Part shown: positions 27,550-36,404 of the stretch, piece by piece
Layout: each line of letters opens with the position of its first letter
Numbering within the stretch: position 1 is the stretch's first letter
Source of the DNA: a bacterium
GTDB lineage: Bacteria; Electryoneota; B3-LCP
NCBI GenBank assembly: GCA_018812585.1
Contig: JAHJDJ010000325.1
Location: 1-42,524 of the forward strand
Length of the DNA stretch: 42,524 bases
Direction: 5' to 3'
Position numbers and translations under genes: made by a program
The notes under the pieces: model-generated
The model's database searches: none
Told to the model about the DNA's origin: nothing
What the model saw: the letters and a program-made list of their open reading frames with translations, nothing else

Positions 27550-28626
27550 ATGAGTGAGACAAAGAAAAAACAGATAGTAAAATCCAATTTGCCATCCCGC
27601 GAAGAGATCTTTGCGTTACCCAAAGTTGACCTGCACTGCCATCTTGATGGCTCGGTCCGACCTGAAACCCTATGGGAATTGGCCGAGGAACGAAAATTTC
27701 CGCTAAAAGCAAAAACCAAGGAAGAATTCCTCGATTTCTTCCGTGTGAAAAAGCCTTTCAAGAACCTGGAAGAGTATCTGGAGCGTTTTCATACGGTTCT
27801 GCCCATTTTGCAGGACACAGAATCACTGGAGCGGGTCTCATACGAGCTTGCTGTCGATGCCGCCGCAGAGAATGTGCTTTACCTCGAAGTGCGATATGCT
27901 CCCATTCTGCACACGGATCAAGGGTTGACTCTCTCGCAGGTGATGGATGCGGTACTGGAGGGTCTGCGACGCGCGGAGCGCGATGCTGATATCATTGCGC
28001 GCGTGATCGTCTGCGGAATTCGCAACATCAGTCCGCAGACGTCACTTCGTCTGGCGGAACTGACCGCAGCCTATAAGTCGCAAGGAGTGGTCGGATTCGA
28101 TCTGGCCGGCGCTGAGGATCAGTATCCGGCAAAAGATCATTCCGAAGCATTTTATCTGATCCGGCGCAACAACATTAACTGCACGGTTCATGCCGGTGAG
28201 GCTTACGGTCCTGAATCGATCCGCCAAGCGCTGCATGATCTGAATACGCATCGCATCGGACATGGCACACGCCTGCGGGAAAATGGCGATCTGTTGAATT
28301 ATGTCAACGATCATCGTATTCCCATGGAGGTCTGTCTGACCTCAAACGTACAGACGCGTGCCGTCAAAGATTTCCAGTCGCATCCACTGCAGTTCTACTA
28401 CGATTACGGTTTGCGTGTCACCCTCAATACCGACAACCGGCTGATTTCAAATACAACCGTTACGGATGAGTATGTCGCTGCTTGCGAGACGTTTGGCTTC
28501 GATGAGCAGGATCTCAAGAATATGATCGTGATGGGTTTCAAAAGCAGTTTTCTGCCATATAAGAACCGGGTAAGACTGTTAGAGCGCGTGCTGCGCATCT
28601 TACGAAAGAAAAAGACTCCTTTTTAG
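27550..28626 (+). CDS. add: Adenosine deaminase
   Basis: PKVDLHCHLDG, HAGE, RIGHG, NTDN. Confidence 0.95.
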   Translation: MSETKKKQIVKSNLPSREEIFALPKVDLHCHLDGSVRPETLWELAEERKFPLKAKTKEEFLDFFRVKKPFKNLEEYLERFHTVLPILQDTESLERVSYELAVDAAAENVLYLEVRYAPILHTDQGLTLSQVMDAVLEGLRRAERDADIIARVIVCGIRNISPQTSLRLAELTAAYKSQGVVGFDLAGAEDQYPAKDHSEAFYLIRRNNINCTVHAGEAYGPESIRQALHDLNTHRIGHGTRLRENGDLLNYVNDHRIPMEVCLTSNVQTRAVKDFQSHPLQFYYDYGLRVTLNTDNRLISNTTVTDEYVAACETFGFDEQDLKNMIVMGFKSSFLPYKNRVRLLERVLRILRKKKTPF

Positions 28627-28629
28627 AGT

Positions 28630-29448
28630 ATGTCTAAATTAGATAACATCGTAAAAACGGTGCAGCCGCTTTTCCCCGAACCTCCCGCAATTGCGGTCGT
28701 CTTAGGCAGCGGCCTGGGGACCTTTGCGGAGGAGTTGGAGTCGCCGCGGAAAATTGCGACGTCCGAAATCGCGGGTTACCCCAGATCCACAGTGGCCGGT
28801 CATGACGGGTTTATCATTTCCGGTTCTCTTGCTGGTAAGCGTGCGATCTGCTTTCAGGGGCGGATTCATCTCTACGAGGGTTACGAGGTTGATGAGGTCG
28901 TTCTGCCAATTCAATTAGCTTCCGCGTTGGGGGCTAAGACATTGATCATCACGAATGCATCCGGGGGGGTGAACGATGCTCTTGCTCCCGGATCGCTGAT
29001 GCTGATTACCGATCAGATCAATTTTCAGTTTCGCCGCAGAGTATTGCCTTCAGAAAATCAGCCAACAATAGAAAGACCGACATGGTATTCAGGGACAGGG
29101 CCGTATTCGCCTCCTTTGCAAACCTTAGCATTAGAAGCGGCTTCTGATGAGAAGATTCGACTATTTCCCGGCCGCCTTGGGGCGGTGTTGGGGCCAACTT
29201 ACGAAACACCGGCAGAAGTTCGCATGCTGCGGTTTTTAGGAGCTGACTCTACCAGTATGTCAACGGTGGCGGAAGCCGCGGAAGCCGCGCGCTTGGGGAT
29301 GGAAGTCCTGGGAATAAGCTGCATTACCAATAAAGCCGCCGGTCTGCCGGGGTCAACCTTGGATCACGAAGACGTAATTGCCGTCGCGGCGCGCGTGAAG
29401 GACGATTTTATCCGCCTGTTGAAGTCGATTATCCAACGGATCAAATAA
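28630..29448 (+). CDS. punA: Purine-nucleoside phosphorylase (trimeric type)
   Basis: VLGSGLG, GRIHLYEG, TNASGG, GPTYETPAE, MSTV, ITN. Confidence 0.93.
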   Translation: MSKLDNIVKTVQPLFPEPPAIAVVLGSGLGTFAEELESPRKIATSEIAGYPRSTVAGHDGFIISGSLAGKRAICFQGRIHLYEGYEVDEVVLPIQLASALGAKTLIITNASGGVNDALAPGSLMLITDQINFQFRRRVLPSENQPTIERPTWYSGTGPYSPPLQTLALEAASDEKIRLFPGRLGAVLGPTYETPAEVRMLRFLGADSTSMSTVAEAAEAARLGMEVLGISCITNKAAGLPGSTLDHEDVIAVAARVKDDFIRLLKSIIQRIK

Positions 29449-29450
29449 TC

Positions 29451-29600
29451 ATGTTTATCAGTTCAGCAATTATTGCGCGGCTGGACGATCAGGTCTGGGA
29501 GATGATTTTAGATGGCCTGCGACCGGTTGAAAGCGATGCATTGGATTATCAGGCAGGGGACGAAGACCTGGAATATATGATTGAAAGGGGGGAAGATTAG
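29451..29600 (+). CDS. Candidate 49-aa acidic small protein
   Basis: MFISSAIIARLDDQVWEMILDGLRPVESDALDYQAGDEDLEYMIERGED exactly fills the gap between PNP and the M20 peptidase. Confidence 0.5.
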   Translation: MFISSAIIARLDDQVWEMILDGLRPVESDALDYQAGDEDLEYMIERGED

Positions 29601-30941
29601 ATGCCGCGGCGCTTATTTATCTTTTTATTCTGCTTCTTTCCAATTTTGGTTCAAGCAGTAGAACCGGATTGGAATAAGATCGAAGAGGAACTGATTGACC
29701 TGTTGCAGAAGCTGATTCAGGTCGATACGCAGAATCCTCCCGGCAATGAATTAGCTGCGTGCCGCGTTTTAGATAAATTCTTCCGCAAGAATGGCATTTC
29801 CAGCAAGATCTATCGGGTTGACGATCAGCGGGCAAACCTTTTAGCTCGTTTGAAGGGAGACGGTTCGCAGAAAGCGATTCTGCTGGCGGCTCACACTGAC
29901 GTGGTTCCTGCCAACGGAGATAAATGGTCGGTTGATCCCTTCTCAGGGGAAGTGCTCGATGGTTATATTTATGGGCGCGGCGCCATCGACGATAAGGGGA
30001 TGCTGGCAGTTCATGCGATGACGCTTGTCTTGCTGAAGCGACAAAATGTCCCCTTGCGGCGGGATGTCATTTTTTTAGCGACGGCAGGCGAGGAATCGGG
30101 CGGCAGTCCGGGAATTAAGTGGATGCTGGAGCGGCATCGTCCCAAGTTGGAAGCAGCCTTTGCATTAAATGAGGGCGGCCGCATCATCTACAGAAATGGC
30201 AAACCGCTCTACATCGCACTGCAAACGGAAGAAAAACAGGCATATAACATAAATTTGACTGCCACGGGCACGACCGGGCATTCGTCGATTCCCAGATTGG
30301 ATAATGCGATTGTCAGCATGGCGAAGGCTCTGGAACGGTTAGAGCGGCGTCCGATGCAGCAATCGCTGGACGCCGTGACGACAGCGTTTTTCCAGGAGAT
30401 CAATCGGGTTGATACGGCAGTGGTTTGGACCGACAATCAGGTGCTAACCACCGATCCATTATATCTGGCGATTCTGTCCAATACGATCGCTCCGACGATT
30501 ATCTCGGGCGGTATTAAGTCGAACGTGCATCCTCCATCAGTCGAATTGAATTTGAACTGCAGGTTGCTGCCCTCTCAGGATGTGGATGAGTTCGTTGACA
30601 GTCTACGCACCTGGATCTCTCCCGGACCTTATTCATTTGATTATCGCAAGCGGAATCCTGCCCCAGCGCCGTCACCACAGGACGGTCTTGGTTATATTCT
30701 GATTGAGCAGGTTTGCAATGAATTATATCCGGGTACGCCGGTTTTGCCTTATCTTTCACCGGGAATGTCGGATGGGACGAGCTTACGCCATGAAGGCATT
30801 CCGACCTATGGGCTGCTCCCTTTCCCGCTGGATGAAGAAGAGGTCTGGAGACAGCACGGCGTCGATGAGAGATTGTCGCTGGAATCGTTGATGATGGGGA
30901 TGAAGCTGGTACACAGGTTAGTGAAGTTAGCAGGGATTTAG
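29601..30941 (+). CDS. Secreted M20/M25/M40 metallopeptidase
   Basis: Signal peptide, AHTDVV, GRGAIDDKG, GEE, NEGG, HGVDE. Confidence 0.93.
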   Translation: MPRRLFIFLFCFFPILVQAVEPDWNKIEEELIDLLQKLIQVDTQNPPGNELAACRVLDKFFRKNGISSKIYRVDDQRANLLARLKGDGSQKAILLAAHTDVVPANGDKWSVDPFSGEVLDGYIYGRGAIDDKGMLAVHAMTLVLLKRQNVPLRRDVIFLATAGEESGGSPGIKWMLERHRPKLEAAFALNEGGRIIYRNGKPLYIALQTEEKQAYNINLTATGTTGHSSIPRLDNAIVSMAKALERLERRPMQQSLDAVTTAFFQEINRVDTAVVWTDNQVLTTDPLYLAILSNTIAPTIISGGIKSNVHPPSVELNLNCRLLPSQDVDEFVDSLRTWISPGPYSFDYRKRNPAPAPSPQDGLGYILIEQVCNELYPGTPVLPYLSPGMSDGTSLRHEGIPTYGLLPFPLDEEEVWRQHGVDERLSLESLMMGMKLVHRLVKLAGI

Positions 30942-30954
30942 TCAGGGATATCAT

Positions 30955-31950
30955 ATGTTGACTTTCAAGCAATATGTCGCAGAGATAACGGATGTCATTC
31001 ATCGGACCAGCGGATTTGACCCTGATCTGCAGGCCAAAATTCTGGCAACGCTTGTCTTTCTTCTGTCGCTCTCTATCCTGCGTTACGTTATTCTCCGCAT
31101 CGTCTGGAGACGTACCGAAGATGTTCACGTCCGCTATCTCTGGCGTAAGAGTATAAGTTATATTGTCACGGCGCTGGGATTACTGTTCATCGTCCGTCTG
31201 TGGTTTTCAGGATTTAAGGATCTGGGCACATTTTTAGGGTTAGTTTCTGCTGGACTGGCAATTGCGTTAAAAGACCCTTTAACCGATATCGCAGGCTGGA
31301 TGTTTATTCTCTGGCGTAAGCCGTTCGGTATCGGTGACCGCATTCAGATCGGCGCGCACGCGGGCGACGTTATCGATATTCGTCTTTTCCAGTTCACTTT
31401 ATTGGAAATTGGCAACTGGGTGGATGCAGATCAAAGTACCGGTCGGGTGATTCACATCCCAAATGAAAAGGTCTTCATGGAAGCGCTGGCCAACTATAGC
31501 AAAGGCTTTCAGTTCATCTGGAATGAGATCGCGGTACTGGTAACTTTTGAGAGTGATTGGAAGAAAGCGAAAGAAATTCTGGCGCGGATTGTTGCTCGGC
31601 ATGCGGAGCATCTGACTCAAGAGGCACAGGAGAAGGTCAAAAAGGCGAGCCAGAAATTCATGATATTTTACACTCAATTGACACCGATTGTGTACACTGA
31701 CGTTAAAGATAGCGGAGTCAACTTGACCATCAGGTATCTCACTGATCCGAGAAAGCGACGCGGATCCACGCAAAATATCTGGGAAGATATCCTGACAGAA
31801 TTTGCTGAGCATAAAGATATTGATTTCGCTTATCCAACGACCCGGTTTTACAATAATTTGAACGAGGGAAAAGAGGCTGGTAACTCAGGTCTACCGAGTC
31901 AACAGAGGGTAGATCACTTGGATAATCGTGAAGCAAAAAACTCGACATAG
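30955..31950 (+). CDS. MscS family mechanosensitive channel
   Basis: AGLAIALKD, KPFGIGDRIQIG, IPN. Confidence 0.92.
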   Translation: MLTFKQYVAEITDVIHRTSGFDPDLQAKILATLVFLLSLSILRYVILRIVWRRTEDVHVRYLWRKSISYIVTALGLLFIVRLWFSGFKDLGTFLGLVSAGLAIALKDPLTDIAGWMFILWRKPFGIGDRIQIGAHAGDVIDIRLFQFTLLEIGNWVDADQSTGRVIHIPNEKVFMEALANYSKGFQFIWNEIAVLVTFESDWKKAKEILARIVARHAEHLTQEAQEKVKKASQKFMIFYTQLTPIVYTDVKDSGVNLTIRYLTDPRKRRGSTQNIWEDILTEFAEHKDIDFAYPTTRFYNNLNEGKEAGNSGLPSQQRVDHLDNREAKNST

Positions 31951-31959
31951 TTGCCGGGT

Positions 31960-31977
31960 TTCGCGGAGAGGGCGGGA
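31960..31977. repeat. 18-bp direct repeat of the tRNA-Ser(GCT) 3' end
   Basis: TTCGCGGAGAGGGCGGGA, identical to 32411-32428. Confidence 0.92.
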
Positions 31978-32410
31978 AGGTAGTTTGAGGTTTGAAGTAG
32001 ATAAAGCGCTACATATATAATGCAGAATTACAAAACGTTATCCGTCTGGCACAAAAGTCACCGTTTGGTGTTAGAGACATACGAATTGACGGCTAAGTAC
32101 CCAAAGACTGAACAATATGGATTGACCAGCCAAATGAGGCGGGCAGCGGTTTCTGCACCTGCCAATATCGCAGAAGGGTGCAGCCGCGACTCTGCTGCGG
32201 ATTTCGTCAATTTTTTGAGGATCGCGGTTGGATCAATCAATGAATTAGAATATTATTTCATACTTTCCGGTGAACTTGGCCTTCTAACTGATGACTCTGC
32301 TGTGCTACTTGGGGAGAAGGCATTAGAAATAAAGAAAATGCTCATCAACCTTATCAAAAAGGTGAGAGCATCACAGTGACTATAAACCACAAACTACAAA
32401 CTATAAACTA
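31978..32410. mobile_element. Putative 433-bp mini-element: four-helix-bundle gene with inverted heptamer-repeat termini
   Basis: Lies exactly between the 18-bp direct repeats; left end TAGTTTG AGGTTTG, right end CTATAAA CCACAAA CTACAAA CTATAAA CTA. Confidence 0.7.
32020..32379 (+). CDS. Four helix bundle protein (23S rRNA IVP-like family)
   Basis: YKTLSVWHKS, YPKTEQYGLTSQMRRAAVSAPANIAEG, FLRIAVGSINEL. Confidence 0.95.
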   Translation: MQNYKTLSVWHKSHRLVLETYELTAKYPKTEQYGLTSQMRRAAVSAPANIAEGCSRDSAADFVNFLRIAVGSINELEYYFILSGELGLLTDDSAVLLGEKALEIKKMLINLIKKVRASQ

Positions 32411-32414
32411 TTCG

Positions 32415-32504
32415 CGGAGAGGGCGGGATTCGAACCCGCGGTGAGGTTTTGGCCCCACACTCGCTTAGCAGGCGAGCGCCTTCAGCCAGCTCGGCCACCT
32501 CTCC
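32415..32504 (-). tRNA. tRNA-Ser(GCT), CCA not encoded
   Basis: GGAGAGG/CCTCTCC acceptor stem, anticodon loop CT-GCT-AA, long variable arm, GGTTCGAATCC, G discriminator. Confidence 0.97.
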
Positions 32505-32510
32505 AATTTG

Positions 32511-32596
32511 CGGAGGATGAGGGACTCGAACCCCCATGGCCCCAAAGGGCCGGCGGCTTTCAAGGCCGCTGCCTTACCAATTAGGACTAATCCTCC
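32511..32596 (-). tRNA. tRNA-Ser(TGA), CCA not encoded
   Basis: GGAGGAT/ATCCTCC acceptor stem, anticodon loop CT-TGA-AA, long variable arm, GGTTCGAGTCC. Confidence 0.96.
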
Positions 32597-32665
32597 CAAG
32601 AACCCTGAATGGCTTATAGGGGTATAATACCCAGGAACTCCGAGTCAAGGTAACAGTAAACAATA

Positions 32666-32694
32666 AATATAAATAAAGAACTTAGCAAAGTCAA
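32666..32694 (-). promoter_or_regulatory. tRNA operon promoter
   Basis: TTGACT-17 nt-TATATT. Confidence 0.7.
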
Positions 32695-32717
32695 GCATTT
32701 TTGTAAAACCTCTTCGG

Positions 32718-33890
32718 ATGAAAATAATTTACCGCTATCTGGCGATGGAGTTTATCCCGCCTTTCTTTTACGGTTTCTTTCTGATCACCGTTATCATTTT
32801 GATGAACCTGGTCGTGCAGATGTTGGGGAGAATTGCGGGAAAAGGATTAGATCCATACGTAGTCACTGAATATTTCTTTCTGAACTTAGCCTGGATCGTG
32901 GCGTTGGCCGTACCGATGGCGGTGCTGGTGGCGACGCTTTCAGCATTTGGACGGCTTTCTGCTGAGAATGAATTTACGGCCATGAAGGCCGCGGGTATGA
33001 GCCTGTGGCAATTAATGATGCCTTTTATTTTAATGGCTGGTCTGCTCTGTTACCTGCTGATTGAGTTCAACAATCGTGTCCTGCCTGATTTTAATCATCG
33101 CACTCGTGTGCTTTCCGGGGATATCAGCCGAAAGCGCCCCACGTTAGCTTTGGAAGCGGGAACGTTTATTTTTGACATTCCGAAATACGTGTTATGGGCG
33201 CAGCAGATCGATCAGAAAGGTTCGGAGCTGAAATCACTGGTCATTTATGATCGCAGTGAACCGCGTCATCCCACTGTGGTATCAGCAGAGCATGGGAAAT
33301 TGACGTTTGTGCGCGCAGACGAAGCGTTCCACATGCAGCTTTTCGACGGGGAGATTCACCGCCAGGATACGGGTGATCCGGGTTATTATCAGCGCACTAA
33401 ATTTGAGCGCTCGCTGGTGCGTATTCCTGCTCCTAATATGGTCTTCGAAAGGCATGACAGCGAATATCGATCAGACCGCGAATTGTCGGCTTTAGAAATG
33501 TGGCAGCAGGTGCAGTTGATGAAGCAGGATGATCCGGTTAAGAACAAACGCAAGATCAACGCCTACATGGTCGAAGTCCACAAAAAGTACTCTATTCCGG
33601 TTGCCTGTCTGGTGTTCGTCCTGATTGGCGCTCCATTAGGCGTCAGGGTTCACCGGGGCGGTCTGGGTGTCGCGGCTGGTTTGAGCGTCCTCTTCTTCCT
33701 CGTCTATTGGGCGTTTCTGATTGGCGGTGAAGATTTAGCTGACCGCAGTATCATCACACCTGCAATGGCGATGTGGGCTCCGAATGTGCTTATGGGAGTG
33801 CTGGGGTTCTTCCTGGTGCGCAGTACCATCCGCGAAGCGAAAATCCTGGATTTCGGCGTCATTTTGCGGAAATTTAAGAAAAATCAGTGA
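32718..33890 (+). CDS. lptF: LptF/LptG family LPS export permease
   Basis: IIYRY, AVPMAVL, GRLSAENEFTAMKAAG, EVHKKYSIP, WAPN. Confidence 0.9.
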   Translation: MKIIYRYLAMEFIPPFFYGFFLITVIILMNLVVQMLGRIAGKGLDPYVVTEYFFLNLAWIVALAVPMAVLVATLSAFGRLSAENEFTAMKAAGMSLWQLMMPFILMAGLLCYLLIEFNNRVLPDFNHRTRVLSGDISRKRPTLALEAGTFIFDIPKYVLWAQQIDQKGSELKSLVIYDRSEPRHPTVVSAEHGKLTFVRADEAFHMQLFDGEIHRQDTGDPGYYQRTKFERSLVRIPAPNMVFERHDSEYRSDRELSALEMWQQVQLMKQDDPVKNKRKINAYMVEVHKKYSIPVACLVFVLIGAPLGVRVHRGGLGVAAGLSVLFFLVYWAFLIGGEDLADRSIITPAMAMWAPNVLMGVLGFFLVRSTIREAKILDFGVILRKFKKNQ

Positions 33891-33938
33891 CCTGTAACAC
33901 AAATTCTCCTGAAATATCATTTAAATTATAGACGTGCC

Positions 33939-35441
33939 ATGTCAATGCCAATGACCCAGATCGCTATACCACGGTCATTTTTTCTGCTCTCTGGAATCGT
34001 GCTGATGGGATTATTATTAATCCCGATCCCTGTTTCTGCACAATCGAATCTGGTAGATTACGACAGGGTTTGGCGTATCTATGAGGAAGCAAGAGCAGCG
34101 CGCGCTGACCAATTAGCTTCTGATCTTTTCCTTAAAGCTGAAGCAATCTTCAGCGGTGCGCGAGCCGATTCAGGCAATTCTAAGCGCACCAAGCGGATAC
34201 AAAAAAACTTAGCCGCGGCCCACAACCAGTTTTCGGACGCCATCAGAGTAGCCGGGGCAATACAGAATGAGTTTCCTTCGCTGATTAAGGCATACGATGC
34301 GGCGCTGGCATCACACGCTCCGGATATCGCTGTAAAATTGTGGAAGCAAGCAACAGTCCAGTTTCTGAAAGTGCAGGGTTTCATCGCAGAATACAAATCA
34401 AACTCTGCGGTAGGGCCTGCGATGGAGGCCGAAGATCTGTATCTGCAGGCTGAATTAGCAGCTTTTAAGCAGAGCTATCTTCATGACGCGAAGAGTCGTT
34501 ATGCCGCTCTGCTGGAGGAAGATCTAGACGAGTTGACTCCACTTCTTCTGCGGAAAGCAGCGGTAGCGCTTGCTGGGGCAGAAACACAGCTTGAAAGGGA
34601 TCGCTACAGCGATGATGAGATCAAACGATATGTGAAGGCAGCCGAGTATTACCTGACACATGCCGAGTTTCTGGCATCATGGATCAAGAGTCTCCCAGAA
34701 GAAGATGGCGCTGTTGAAACGTTGATTCTTCAATTTGAAGAGCAGCTTTCCCGGCTGTGCAGAAGCGTATCACTGGAACCGGACTTCAATCGAAACCATT
34801 CGCTGAGTACCGACGCGATCTTGAGGGAGATCCGCCGGTTGCAGGATAATGGTCAATACCTCGAACAGCAGATTCAGCAGCGCGATTTGCAGATTGGCGA
34901 ATTGGAAGCAGAATTGAGGAAATTGCAGAGTCAATCCGGCAAATATCTGTCAGAGATTGAGATCAATCGACGGAAGATTCAACAGAAAGCACGCTTCGAG
35001 GCGAAGATCAAAGCGATAACCACCGTTCTTGATCCCGAACGAGGAACCGTTTCGTACGCGACAAGCGGCGGTAACGCTGAGATCATCATCCGCTTAAACG
35101 GTTTGCAGTTTTCATCAGGATCAGCAAAGCTTAAAAATGAGGATTTAGAGCTGCTGGACGACTGTATTACGATTATGAAAGAGTTTCCTCGCGCTCGCAC
35201 CGAAGTTCTGGGACACACCGATTCACAGGGCAGTACTTCTTTAAATCAGAAATTATCGCAGGAACGCGCCGCGTCGGTGCGTGACTATCTGGTCACTAAA
35301 TTGACAGATAAGGCGGAAATTCTGGCGATAGGACTCGGTGAGGACAAACCGATCGCTTCCAACGATACGGCTGCAGGGCGTAAGCAAAACCGACGCATCG
35401 AGATTATCTTGAAAGATATAAAAATACAGGACAATTACTGA
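33939..35441 (+). CDS. OmpA-family peptidoglycan-binding protein with long helical/coiled-coil N-terminus
   Basis: Signal peptide; FSSGSA, GHTDSQG, NQKLSQERA, GEDKPIASN, NRRIEI. Confidence 0.9.
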   Translation: MSMPMTQIAIPRSFFLLSGIVLMGLLLIPIPVSAQSNLVDYDRVWRIYEEARAARADQLASDLFLKAEAIFSGARADSGNSKRTKRIQKNLAAAHNQFSDAIRVAGAIQNEFPSLIKAYDAALASHAPDIAVKLWKQATVQFLKVQGFIAEYKSNSAVGPAMEAEDLYLQAELAAFKQSYLHDAKSRYAALLEEDLDELTPLLLRKAAVALAGAETQLERDRYSDDEIKRYVKAAEYYLTHAEFLASWIKSLPEEDGAVETLILQFEEQLSRLCRSVSLEPDFNRNHSLSTDAILREIRRLQDNGQYLEQQIQQRDLQIGELEAELRKLQSQSGKYLSEIEINRRKIQQKARFEAKIKAITTVLDPERGTVSYATSGGNAEIIIRLNGLQFSSGSAKLKNEDLELLDDCITIMKEFPRARTEVLGHTDSQGSTSLNQKLSQERAASVRDYLVTKLTDKAEILAIGLGEDKPIASNDTAAGRKQNRRIEIILKDIKIQDNY

Positions 35442-35470
35442 TAATTCGCTAATATTTCAGGGTTCGTATT

Positions 35471-36268
35471 ATGAACAGATTAATTAAGAATCAGCACGGT
35501 TCCCATTTTTACGATCAGCTTGCTTCCGAATACGATCAGATGATGGATTGGGAATCCAGACTGCATAAAGAGACACCCTTCTTTGAAAAAGTTCTCCGCA
35601 ATTATGACGTGAGAAGTATCTTGGACGTCGGCTGTGGAACAGGACGGCACTGTTTCTTCTTCAGCACTCTGGACGTTGACAAGATCGTGGGTATTGATCC
35701 CGCTGCCAATGTTGTGCAGTACGCTCAATCCCGGGCACAAGTCAGCGGCGCAGAAATACGTTTCATTGAGGGGGCGTTACCGAACCTGACCGATTATGTC
35801 ACGGAGCGATTCGATCTGGTTTGTCTGCTGGGTAATGTTCTATCGAACCTGATCACTTATGATAACCTGGAGTTGACCCTCAAGAATCTCAAAAGAGTAC
35901 TGACCCCTTCGGGTGTTATTCTAATCCAGATGATTAACTGGGATGCTCGCATCGCATCACGGGATCGCTTTTTCCCACCGACGGGTCATACCAGCACGCA
36001 AGGCGAAAAGCTGTTCTTCCGCTTCTTCGATTTCCACGATGAATTAGTAACCATGAATCTGGTGATTTTCCATTCTCCGGGGTCTCAACCTCGAAGCTGG
36101 TCAAATCGTATCCTGCAAACCAAACTGCGCCCCTGGCGAAGAGAAATTATCACTATGGCTTTAGCCGATACCGGTTTCGATCTGCTGCAGGAATACGGCG
36201 GGACTGATTTGTCGGAATACAGCCAGAACGAGTCGCCGAATTACATCTTCATCGCAAAACCTCAATAG
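35471..36268 (+). CDS. Class I SAM-dependent methyltransferase
   Basis: ILDVGCGTGRH, FDLVCLLGN. Confidence 0.9.
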   Translation: MNRLIKNQHGSHFYDQLASEYDQMMDWESRLHKETPFFEKVLRNYDVRSILDVGCGTGRHCFFFSTLDVDKIVGIDPAANVVQYAQSRAQVSGAEIRFIEGALPNLTDYVTERFDLVCLLGNVLSNLITYDNLELTLKNLKRVLTPSGVILIQMINWDARIASRDRFFPPTGHTSTQGEKLFFRFFDFHDELVTMNLVIFHSPGSQPRSWSNRILQTKLRPWRREIITMALADTGFDLLQEYGGTDLSEYSQNESPNYIFIAKPQ

Positions 36269-36291
36269 CTCCTACACTTCTTGTTTATCCC

Positions 36292-36341
36292 CAACTCCTG
36301 GTTGTTTTGCGGCGTATCATAGAAACAACAACTAGGAGTTG
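36292..36341. other. 15-bp inverted repeat (terminator- or operator-like)
   Basis: CAACTCCTGGTTGTT...AACAACTAGGAGTTG, overlapping a possible -35 (TTGATT-17-TACCTT). Confidence 0.5.
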
Positions 36342-36404
36342 ATTATCTCCTCCTCCAGTCTTACCTTTATATAACCTTGCATATTTGCATGAAAGTAATT
36401 CATC

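Noticed and set aside
32511-32596. tRNA-Sec or suppressor tRNA
   Set aside because: The anticodon reads TGA (Ser, decoding UCA), not TCA, and the acceptor stem is a normal 7 bp.
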